A DNA stretch of 25,214 nt, taken from positions 1-25,214 of IMG/VR virus record IMGVR_UViG_3300045974_000134; one strand, 5' to 3'. The number at the start of each line of letters is the position of its first letter. Position 1 is the first letter of the stretch. Shown one piece after another: positions 1 to 12,000 of this stretch. Under the pieces are notes generated by a model, which was given only the letters and a program-made list of their open reading frames with translations, was not told the DNA's origin and searched no databases. Position numbers and translations under genes: made by a program. The DNA is from a virus. Lineage: Duplodnaviria; Caudoviricetes.

Positions 1-3000
1 TAGCCTCTCAGGTTGCCCCACTCGCTCTTAAGCTTGTCCAGTTCTCCGCGATAGCCAAGGATATCCCGGAAAGCAGAGAGCATGTTTCCCTGGTGTTTCT
101 TCTCAGTCTGGTCAACCTGTTTCCAGAAGTCACGATAGGCGGCAATGACAGCAGGGCTCGCTTTGATCTTGGAGGGGTTCTCGCCGCTGGCAAGTTCATC
201 ATCAGTGAGATTCCGCTTAAGGCTACGAATCAGGCGGTGGACTTCACTTGCTTCTTTCGCATCAAGGTGTGCTGCTCGCTCCATGTTCTTGTTCAGGAGT
301 TCGACCAGATCAGCGAACCACTCTTGATCCTTATATGGAAGCATTGACAGTTCATCAAGTTGTTGGAAGCGTACCCGATTGGCTGCATTCATAACTTCAT
401 GGAATGCCCGATAGGCTTCAACAACAGTTTTCCCGACTTTGCCGAACTTGGTTTTACCGCGATACAGTTCGTCTCGAGTGAAGTATGTGGCAACTCCGTT
501 TTCATCGCCGTGCTTTATCAGGTCGTTAAACTGTTTTATTTCTTCTTTGCTGGCTTTCTTAAGAATATTGTCCAGTCCTTCAACGCCGGCATAGCCCTCT
601 GATGCCTGGAACAGATCAGAGATAATGCCGTTGCGGTTCTGGCTCCGTTCCAGGTTGAGATTAACGACATGGCGGCGTATCGGTTTGCCTTCACTTCCGA
701 ACCACGGATTAGAGAGAATCTTGCCGATGTTGGCTTTCAGGCGTTCAGGAATACTCTGACCGGCCATTTCAATCAGGCTCTTGACCATATCGGTAACTTT
801 GGCCGGGGCGTTGATCTTGGCGGCGTGATCGGCTATACCTTGGTCTTGAAGGGAGAAATTAACGTCGCTGTTGGTGGGGTCAAACATGCCATTATTCCCC
901 GTAGCTGACTTGATCTGGTCATTTGAGAATACGGCATAGTTCTTTTGAGGACGTTCGCCATCCAGTGATTCATACACGATCATACCATCATATCCAGCTT
1001 CTTTAATTGCTTCACGTACATCGATGGTTTCAAGAGCTTTCCATTCGCCATTGGATATTCTGCGGTCAAGATCCAAGCGAGTTGCGGTTGTATATGCATC
1101 TGCTGGCAAACTGGAAATAATATCTTTGACAGCTTTGGAATCAAATGGATCAAATGCTTTTTCTATTCTCAAATATACCGGCATCACAGAGGGATATCCC
1201 TGTTTGAGGTGTTTAGGCACGTATGGATCTGTGATTTCTGCATTTCCAGCAAACTTTGAAGCAAATTCGGGAGAAGAGGAAAAGAAGATGGGGCCTTCAA
1301 AAATCCCTTTTCTGAAAGTACCAAAATCATTCCGCGTGCCATGATAAACCACAAGCGGGTTGCCTTGTTTGTCAACAACCGTGCTATCGCCAAACCACTT
1401 CTTGAAATTTGGGGTGTCAGTCTGGCCACTTGCTGCAAACATTGCCTCATCCCCGCCCTTGCCAACTGACAACCGTTTTTCACCAATCCGCAACATCTCT
1501 GCCACGGCCAGCGACAATTCGCTATCTGAAACATGCGAGATAAGCCCCTGTTGACGCAACCAGTGCTTGATGTACATGAATAGACGCTGCATCAAACCTG
1601 ACGGTTTCCAGTCTGCATTCACTGCCTGTTCAGCTATGGCGGCGGTTGCTTCCTGTACGGCACGGCGGTATTGCTTTTCGTCGGTTAGGTCGTATCCATA
1701 TCGGTCAGCAATCCGTTGCAGCATCAGGTGTGCTTCTTTGGCGGCTTCTGTTTTGCCATTCACGGTACGCTTGAACCAGTCAACAGCCAGGTCAACGATC
1801 TTGCTCGTCTGTCCGGCGTGCGCCAGTTCGTGACCAATGACCAGCGCCTTGACGCGCTGCAGATCCGGGACGTTATCAGTTATGACGTGAATGGTGCCGT
1901 GCAGTTCCATTGCCTGAACATGATCGGGGTTTACCTGGGCCTTGGTGATTTCCGCCTGAGCGTTCTCGGGAAGATCGGAAATGGATTGAACGACGTTGAC
2001 ACGCTTGGCGATGGGGAGAGTGGATACCCAGGCTTGGGCTTCGGTGGCTTGCATACCGGTTGATTGAGTATCGGTAAGCTTGAAGTTGGCTTCGGTATTC
2101 GTTCCGACTGGCTGTTTTTCATCCGCCGTCAACTCCGCCTGCAACTGCGACAACTCGGCAATCTTCTCATTGAACGCCGCTTCATGCTCAAACGGTGCAC
2201 CGATTCTTTTCACCAACTGTTTCAGTTTGGTTTCATCATCAGCAAGATTCGATTCTGTTCTACGAAGCGAATCAGATACATCGTTCAAGCGGTTGAAGAT
2301 CCTCCGGGCCAAACCAGCACCATCAGTCCCTTGCGGATACATCATCATGTTGGTGTCAATTTCTGACGGAACATTATCAGTTATCTGGATAATATTGGAA
2401 TACTGCATTGTCACCGCCGACATGGCAACGGACGCAACCATCGGCATACCGTTGATACTGCCGTACTGCTGTGAATCAGTCCAGACACCTTTGTAACTAT
2501 CATCAGGGAATTGGTTTTGCAGATCCATCACCGCCTGATTATATGCAGCAACCACCGCTTCACCGAATTTTCCCGGCTTGTCAAACGTCCGCTTACCGAC
2601 AATGCCCTTGAAGCTACTGCCGGAAACATAGCCGCCAACAGCCTTTACCGCTTCTTTCAACTTAGCAATATGCTTATTGTACGCAGAAATATTCCATTCC
2701 GCCGTGTTCTTGTCACCCCTCATCTGGCTCTGTTGCTGAAAGTGTGCTTCTTTCAAGCGGGAAAAGCGTTCAATATCAGCCTGCAATCCAACCAGCTTGA
2801 TAACCCGTTCATCACCAGACGACAATGCCCGTGCCATTTCATACTGGCTGACTTCTGAAACATCTTCCATTGTGCGCAGATTATCGTCACCCATAAAGGC
2901 TTGCTCGATAAAGCGACCTTTACGGCCTACCATCTGCCACATGGTTGAATCGTAACTGCCCTTTGTGGAATACCAATTAGCTTCAATCTCGGTATTCTGG

Positions 3001-6000
3001 TTCCCTTGACGGATGATGCGCCCGTGCGCTTGTTCAACAGCAGACGGGTACCACGGTGGGTCAATATAATGCAGAGCATAGAGGCGGGTTTGCAGATTCT
3101 TACCGACACCCAGACTATTGGCATGGCCGATAATGATCTTCTTGCGCCCTTCGCGCATATCCTTCATGACTGACAACTGCTTGGCACTGGTGTCATATTC
3201 ATCAAACCACGCCACTTCACCAGCAGGAATACCGGCAGCTTTCAAGCGCTGATTGATCCAAGCCCGAGCATCAAAACCACGGCTCTTGGCGACGTTGGCA
3301 CCGAAACCATGATTATAAAAGACAACCTGTGTGCCTCCCTTTATCGGGGAGGGTTTACCGTCAACGCCATTGTATTTATTATCCTTCGTGTCTTTATACA
3401 CCCGGATAATTTCATCAATCACGCGGTTCAGCTTGCTATCAGGATCGTTCTTGGTCGAACCGACCAGGCGCATATCAATAGACGATAAGCGGCCATCGGT
3501 AATAATATTGATAATCGGGTCAGGGTTTCCTGGCTGGTCCGGTGTCGGCTTCCAGTCCCGTGCCCGCTTCATACGTGGTTGCAGCACATTTGCCTGATAC
3601 GCTTTCAATTCATCAGACGGCGTAGCGATAATCATATTCGGCTTGCCGCCCTTGATATCAGGACGAACCACATATGCCCCCAGGTGGCTGGAAGTCAGCA
3701 CATCCATAAAGGTACGCACCCGCTTCATCAACTCCGGCAGGTTATTGAATTTGGCAAAGCGTGATACCGGCTCGTACTTGCCAGCGGCATTCAGTTCATA
3801 ATCCATAGCCGTCTGACCAAACATCGCCGCCCATGCGTCAAAATGGCCGATATCGTCCCGCTCCATCTCTTCTTCCATAAAGAAGCGCATGACGTTGTAC
3901 AACTCGCCCATTGTATTTGTCACAGGTGTACCGGACGCAAAGACATGACTGCGGCCTGGCTTTTGATGCTCCATCCAGTTTGTTTTCAGAAACAGGTCAA
4001 GAGCGATACGACTACCAACAGGGTCAATTCCCTTGACCTGCTGCGCCGTGGTAAAATCCAGCTTACGGAACTTGTGCGCCTCATCGACAAAAAGGAAGTC
4101 AACGCCAAGCTCTTCATAGGTAATAATATTATCGCCCTTGCCATCTTCGACAATACTGTCAAAGCGCTGTTCGGCATTTTCAATCATCTTCTCCATCTTG
4201 GATATTAGGTGACGCGGTGCATCATCATCCCGTGCTTCCGTCAATGCTTCACGCATGGCGTTCAACATCTTCTCTTTCACTGGAGCAACACTTTCCGGCT
4301 TCATGCGCAACTTACCAAGTGCTGATTGCGTAATGATAATAGCATCAGGGGCATTCATCGCCGCCTGAGCCATAAAGCGTTTACGGTTTTTCAGATCAAA
4401 GTTCAGTTCATCGGCCACCATAATGTTTGCCAGCGGGTACGCATCCATGAATTCAGCGGACCATTGCGATAGCTGGTCATTCGGCACCACGTAGAGAGGC
4501 TTGTTGATCAGCCCCAGGCGCTTCATCTCCATACCGGCTGCAATCATCTCCAGTGTTTTGCCCGCACCAACAGCATGCGCCAGATAGGCATTTCCGGTCT
4601 GGATCATGCGCCAGATCGCCCGCTTCTGGTGAGGATGTAGCTTGTACTTGGTAGCGATGCCGGGAAGTGTCAGGTGACTGCCATCAAAACGACGGGGAGC
4701 CAGATTGTTGTACTTCTTATTGTAGAGATCCAGCATCTCGCCAGCACGTTCAGCATCAGTCCAGATCCACGAACGGAACTCCGTCCGCATCTTGTCGGCA
4801 ATCTCATTTACTCGGGCAGTTGCGGCTGGATCTACAGATACTTTGCCATCAAGGTCACGAACAGTAATGCGCAGAGGACGCTGATTCAGCACAGCATCAA
4901 GGATCTCGTTGGCACCACGGTCAGCCGTACCCCATTCAGCGGTTGAGCTACGCAACGACTGCACACCCTGCTTTTTACTGGAAGAACGCCGGCCATATCC
5001 TTTGGCCGGGGCATTGCCCATTGTCACCTTCCAGGTGTTTGTTGCCGCATGGCGCTCTACCTTTATATTCAGGTTCAGCACTTCCTGGGCGAACTCCCCG
5101 ACAATATCAGTCGGTATCCACGCCATACCAAGGCCAGCGGTAATCTGTCCCGGTGTAAGCGGTTTTGGCTGTACTTCGGTTAATGCCTTGACGTTTGCGC
5201 GAAACTTCTCATCACTCCGTGCCGCCTGTTCAGCTTCTGCCAGTTTAGTAACAACATCACCAGACAGATATTCATCCGCCAGCAGATGTTCACCGGATGG
5301 CGTTTCATAGATCATATCGCCCAAGGCTTCAATCGCTTCATTGCGAGAAATCTTCATCAATCCGGCAATATGATCCAGGTCAAGCATCCCGATTTCATCA
5401 AGCGACAACGCAAGTGCATCACCCATGCTCTCCGGATTGGTGGAACGCACCGGCTTCATGACGGTACGACCGGTTAGGAAGGAGGCTTTTGAAATATCGC
5501 CATCGTCGTTGATCTGCTCAAGCGCGAGAACAAGCGAACCCTCAACGTCGATGTTTGCTGTTTTTTCCCACTTATAATTGCGCGACTCTACTTTCTGTTC
5601 ATTGCCATCTTCATCAAGCTCTGTTTTGACTTTCAGCGTAAAGTCTTTGATGTTGCCGTACTTCTTCACAAAAGCGTCATACGCCTTATTCAGTTCCTTC
5701 AACGACTTTTCCCACCCTGCATCGTTGAACTGGTCAAAACGTGCCTGTTTCATTAGGTCGCGCAACGGAATATAATCGGTCAACCAGACTTGCTCTTTTG
5801 CTGATAGCTTCACCATGCTGGAGAGCGGCACACCGGAACCGTTTTCTACCCGCATTATTTCACCCTTGCTAGACAGGTACACGCCCCCCTCTTTCTTATT
5901 CTTGGGGCTAAAATCACGCTCTACGACAACCTGCTTGATCGTTTTCGGATCTTGTCGCATGGCACTGTAGACGTTGGCAGGCAGGTTTTGCACAGCAGCG

Positions 6001-9000
6001 GCAAAGAGCTGTTCAATATCGCCTTCCAGTGGTTTAACAGAATAATCATTCTGGCTGAATTGGCCTCGCTCGGTAACATGAGTACCCAACACCATTTCAG
6101 GATGAGCGGCAAAATACTCGTTGATCTGTTTAGTCTGGTCGCCTATCTGAATATCTGCGGTTTTGCCCCAGGCATGGCCACCGGCCTCATCACCATCGGC
6201 ACGCTTGCGCAAAAAGATAACATCAGTAACAACTTCCGTACCGCTATGCTGTTTGAAAGCGGTTTGGGGTAGACGGATTGCACCCAGTAGGTCGGCACGT
6301 TCAGAAAGATATGCCCGTGCCTTGTCGTCCAGCTTATCCATAGTATAGCGACTGGTAACGAACGCCAGTAGGCCACCGGGACGCACCTTGTCAATGGTCT
6401 TGGCAAAGAAGAAGTCATGCAGTGAAAACTTGTTTTTCTTGTAATCAGGGTCAGTTAGGATTGTTGTGGATGAAAACGGCGGATTGCCGATTGCCACGTC
6501 AAAGAAATTGCCGGGGAACTTCTGCTTGGTGTAGTCACCGTGGATAATATTCTGATTCGGATAGAGCTGTTGTGCTATGGTAGCAGTAATGCCATCCATT
6601 TCAATACCGGTATACTTGGAATTGGCGTAGATACCATCAGGCATGGTGCCCATAAAGTTACCGGTACCGGGGCCAGGTTCAAACACCTTGCCACCAGCAA
6701 AGCCCATACGCTCAAAAGCTTTCCACATGGAGCGGGTAATAGCTTCACTGGTGTAGTGGGCATATTGACTGGAGCGTGCGGCGGTCTTTAATTCTTCGGG
6801 AGTAAGCGCAGTATCAAGGCGGTCAACCAGCGGTTTCCATGCTGCTTCTGCCCATTGTGGGATTATACGTCCTTGTTCGGCATAACCGGGGAATATCTTG
6901 TTGCGGATTTCGCCAGCACCCCAGCCAACATACTTCATCAACAGAAGCTGCTCGTCTGGTGTGGCCATGCGCTTTTCTTCGCGGAGAGCTTTAATCAGTT
7001 CAACAATATCAAGGTTACGGCTGGCGCTATCCTTCCAGCTTCCGGTACGCTCTAAGCCGCCATTTGGGATTCGTAAATCTCCGGTGGCATCGGATCGGAG
7101 AATTCCAGATAATCCGCTCGGGTCACTTCCCAGATCTCGCGTTGTGCTTGTTCCATCTCCTGCACTTGCTGCATCGAATCGTGGATCTTGCTGATCTTCG
7201 TTAATGCTTGATGATACACTGACCGATACGACTCCTCCATCTCCACTGCGTACTCTTCCAGGAACGTCTGCAATGTCCCCGCTTGTTTCAATTCCTTGTA
7301 CATCTGAGGTGCCTGTTCCTTCATCGACAATGCTATCATCTGTTCCAGTTTTTTGCCGCTCGGAATTAACATCTGACACCTCCTCGTTTTCTTCTATTAT
7401 AGCATAATTATTGTTTTTTACATCATCCATAAAGCGCATCAGGTACGGTTTAATTGCATTTCCAAACTGTTTGGCGATGAACTGAAAGAACTCGGTTAAC
7501 TGTTTGCCGGATTCTTTGAAGTTATTATACGCCGCCACAAAATGAGGCTTGGCTTTGGCATAGGTATGTTCGTCCACAGCACCGGGGAAGTTCTTTAGCG
7601 AGCCACCACCAAAGCTGTCATAGAGCCCTTTCAATGCTTCACCGGCACCCTTGACGCCATAATCAGCGGCGGCTTTCAGAATATCGCTTGCGCCTCGGGT
7701 GTCGTTCTGTCCTCCGCCAAAAACAGGACCGGAGCCAATGTGTTCAATAGTTGCGATTTCCGTTTTTATGCCGTCTACAAGATCGGCTATCTTTGTTTTT
7801 TCGGTTGCCGTGAAGTAATGCCACAGGCGATATTTGATGCCGAGCTTACTCAGAATCTGTTTTTGACCAAGCAGGGTATACGCCGACCACCAGTCTGGCG
7901 CTTGATCGGACAGAGCAATGTCGCTATCTTCCTCAACAACACTCTTCCCGGCCAGTGCCGTATTCAATTTATCCAGAAAATCAAACGGTGGCGAAAACTT
8001 ATTGCCTGGTGCCGTGGCACCGACACTACGGTGATACCAATCACCATCTACTTTGGAATATATGTACGGATTGCTATCAACCTGAACTTCGTTATCCGCC
8101 AGCTCTACCTTTACAGGAGCTACCGCCTCGCCCTGCAAACCTTCAACAAACTTCCGCCGTGCAGGAGTATCAGTCACATACCAAACACGTTTACGCATTG
8201 CCCATCGGAAACCTTCCGCCTTGATCTTGCTGATAACAGCATCAGACGGTTTACCCTCAAAGCGCAATTCAATACCATTCTGTGCACTGTTGAATGAAAC
8301 CTTCATCCCGGCAACCGGCTCTATCTTTGGCTTGGCCGCTTCAACCTTCTGCCGGTACTTATCCGCCTCATCTGGGTACTTTTCTGCCCACACATCAAAC
8401 GCCGCCTGCTGTTCATCAGCAGTCTTGTCAAAAGCAGTTGCCGACTTTTCGTGACTGGCAATATTCTCTTTCTTCTTGGCACGTTCAGCTGCATTGCGTG
8501 AACTCTGTGCCTGTTTGCGGGAATACGCTACATTTCGCAGTAGCGTATCTGGTTCTACGGCTACTTTATTATAAACCGGAGCAGGAACGACAGCCGGAGC
8601 TGGATCTGTTTCATGATTCGTGTAATCAAACGAGACATATCCGGATACACCATCATCCCACATAGCTTCATAAATGTGCGAGTAACGAGTAGATGACTCA
8701 GACGAAAGGCCACCATAAGAAATCATGCGGCTGGTAAATGTTTCAGCCCGAGTTATTTCTCCATGCTTACCATCGTTATCCTGAACACGATCCCCTTCTT
8801 TAAAGTATGGTGTCGCCTGGTCGTCTCTTTCCGGTTTTGCAGGATGGGACCCAACAGGCGGTGGAGTGCTTTTCCGCTCGTCCTGCTTCGCCTTATGCTT
8901 TTGTAACGCTTTCTGAATGCGGGGTTTGTTCTCCGGCTTGGCCTTGGCTATAACCTGCTTCAAATACGCTTCGTGCTTCTTGGCTTTTGACAGCGAACGT

Positions 9001-12000
9001 ACCGGTTTTTCAGCAGCCGTTACATCGTCAAACATCGCCGCCATTTCCTCAAGCGACAGGCTATTAATTTCATCTTCAATGGTCTTAGCTGCAGCAGGCA
9101 CTTCATCAGTCACACCGGTGCGCTCTTTCATCTTGGCAATTCGGTCTTGTAATGCTTTCCGTACTTTCGGTTCTTTTGCGGCAAGCATCTCCGCTTTCAG
9201 TTTTGCAAGATGCTTTTGGCGAGCAACGCCAAGACGCCTTACCCTTGCTGTCTCTGCCGGATCTTCGCTTGCAGTATTATCTTTACTGACTGCATGAACG
9301 CCTGTTTTTGTTCCGGGGTCATTCCCTTGCACTTGTCCTTGATCTTCTGTGCGGCCTTCTTCGCTTCTGAACTCTGTGGCATCAAGAGCCTCCCTGAAAT
9401 TATTTTCAACTCCCTGCCAATCGGCAGCGGTCATTGGCGGTTCAAAGGTTTCAGCTAAGTAGTCATCTATAATATCTGCGGATTCAGCCAATAATACCGA
9501 CTGTTCTTCAACCCACTGATTGTGATGGAACTCGTCATACTCTTCATCGGTCATTGCATCCAGCATTGCCTGAAAACGGGACTCCTGATCTTTTTGGAGA
9601 GATGTGTAATTGCTTTCGCCGCGTGTATCGTTTGATGAAGCGAATACATGAGAGCCTCGCGAAGAGTCGTCCAGGGGAATACCTTTGGTGCTGATTACGT
9701 GCAGTATCCCGGCCTTGGCTTCTTTGGTTGCCTGACTGTTTAATGTATGCGCAAGATCCTTGCCGGATGTTGTTTCCTTATCAATTTGGGCTCGGCTGAT
9801 CCCGCCCAATTTTGCGGCTGCCACTATCAAACTGTCTTTGGATGTATCCAGTTGACGGCGGGTGTTGGCTGGTTTGGTTGCGGCAGAGGTTTTGACAACA
9901 ACATCTTTCAGGCTGTTTTCATGCTTCTGGATCTCTGTATTGATTTCACCTAATCGCCGGGTGACTTCTGCTGGATACACTAAACCGCCAGTAATCCCCT
10001 TGTTGTTATTGTTGGCAAGCAGTTGCTCTTTTTCCTGCTTCAACGCGGTAACGCGGTCCGCTACAGTGGATTTCCGCAGGTCGGACACTTCTTTTTGCGG
10101 CCCATTGACTTTTTGCTGCACATTGGACAAACCATCACTTACACCTCCGGATTGGATATTATTACTTCCGACTCCTGCCACTTGGCTTTGCAGGTTGGAC
10201 ACTGCCAATCCCGGCCCGTCCATTTTACTCGGCCCTGCTCCTTGCATTTTGGGCAATACACCTGTAGTGCCATTGGCATTCTCCTGATATGGTTGAATTT
10301 TTACTATTACTTTACCGGATGCAGCTGGAACGCTTTCCATGGTACCGTCCATCTTCTTCCGGGTGATAATATATGGCTCTGCAATTGCCGACAATCCTGC
10401 CGAGGTAGCGTTTTGCAATAAAGAGTCTGCTACCTGTTGCGGCATGGGAGGTGAAAGATATTCACCATTCTGAATTGCACCGACTCCACCTGTTGTAAAA
10501 TGATCGGCGTTACGGATCTTTGGGAAACCGAGAGATGTTAAAAATGTATTGGTATCACCGCTTGATAGGGCAGAGAGTGACGGGTGCTGTTGTTCTCCTG
10601 GCGCATTAGCAAATGGATTGGCGGCAAACGATGAATACATGTTTGCCGTTACGTTTGTTGATACGGGGGGCAGATCAGGTAATATTGATTTGACGGCGCG
10701 GGTCATTGCCCCTGCCGGTGGAGTTGCAGCTATACCAAGATCACGTCCCGAATCCACGGGCCAGTTTTTGGGTATAGAATCGGCGGCAACACCTGATGTA
10801 TCTTGCAGTATGTTACCAGTGCGTGTATTTGCTCCTGTGACAATTTCGGTAGCGGGTTGGTTTTGCTGATTGAGGGCATTGGTTTCCTCCGTTGGCGTTT
10901 GTGGCTGTTGTCCTCGCTGCTGCATTACATCGGATATGTGACCAGCAGCAGAAGAACCGCCGCCCATGACGCCACCGATCAGGCCACCAGCTGCCATTGA
11001 TTCAATAATATCATTCCATGCTTCCGGGTGAACGGCAGCACTGATACCTTTATCTGCGGCAACCTTAAGGAAGGCGCTGAAATTTCCGCCAGCCTTGTTG
11101 ACTTCATCAGAATACACCTGCTTATTGGCTCCAATGTTTTCCAGAACCGTCTGCACGCCCTCCTGTATCGTCTCTTCACCAATACCCAGACCGGCAATCT
11201 TGGCCGTATCCTTGACGCGCTGCACACCAGTCAAAGCGGTTTTACCGGTAAGCGCCTCAGCCTCTCCTGAAACCTTACCCATTCCCGGCATGATCTTGGT
11301 CAAGCCGGTTTTCTTCATCAAATAAGCAGGGAACGCGGTATCAAGGATGCCCGCTGCGGTGCCATAAAGCAGTGACCGCCCCATATCCTTTTCTTCCGGT
11401 TTCTGATCGCGGTAGATCGTAGCCGTTTCCATGCCTATTGAGTTGGCACCGGTTGCGGCGATTGCACCAGTGGTACCGGCACGATTGGCGGCCAGTGTTG
11501 CAACGTTTTCAGCGGTGAGCGTTCTTCCTGAATTGATTGCGGTTTTAGTCGCAGCCTCCATCGCTTTTTTCCCGGCAATGGTTTCTAGTGATGCAATACC
11601 GCCACGGGCAAGGCCACCGGCAGCAACACGTCCAGCAGCGGCACCAACTCCACCGGTTGCAATCCCAATGACGGCTTGTGGTAAAAACTCTACCAATTGT
11701 TCACCGGCCCATCGACCTGCATCACCTACACTTTTGATATCTCGGAATTTCTGGGAAGGGTCTTCCTGCTCTTTCTGCGCAATCCAGGATTCGGCAGTAT
11801 CCCCCCATAATTTACCCGCATCTTCAATAGCCTTGACCCCTGTAGCGCGGCCAGCCATTTCCGTAATGCCGGCAACAGGCAGGGCAAGATATTTATTAGA
11901 ACCTACAGCAAAGTGAGTTGCAATATCCTCTACAATACCGCGCTTTGGAGGCGGCTCCGGTGCGGCCTTGCGGTTCATGATACTGTCAAGCTCGTTATAG

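Noticed and set aside
1184-2122. +1-frame ORFs 1184-1534 and 1931-2122 as additional nested genes
   Set aside because: No well-spaced SD; they overlap conserved ART/peptidase sequence; composition (P/S/R-rich) is that of a frame shadow.
3986-6763. Minus-strand alternative-frame ORFs inside the helicase and MTase regions
   Set aside because: They lie within strongly constrained catalytic regions and lack an SD and protein-like patterns.
7676-7714. GGAGG followed by ACG in the +1 frame (possible decayed nested gene)
   Set aside because: No ATG, and a stop follows within ten codons.
10979-11227. 82-aa +1-frame ORF
   Set aside because: No SD; overlaps the conserved-looking EETIQEGVQ region of the host frame.
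93-11916. Numerous plus-strand ORFs of 60-185 aa
   Set aside because: Antisense shadows of the giant minus-strand gene; no recognisable motifs or convincing RBS.
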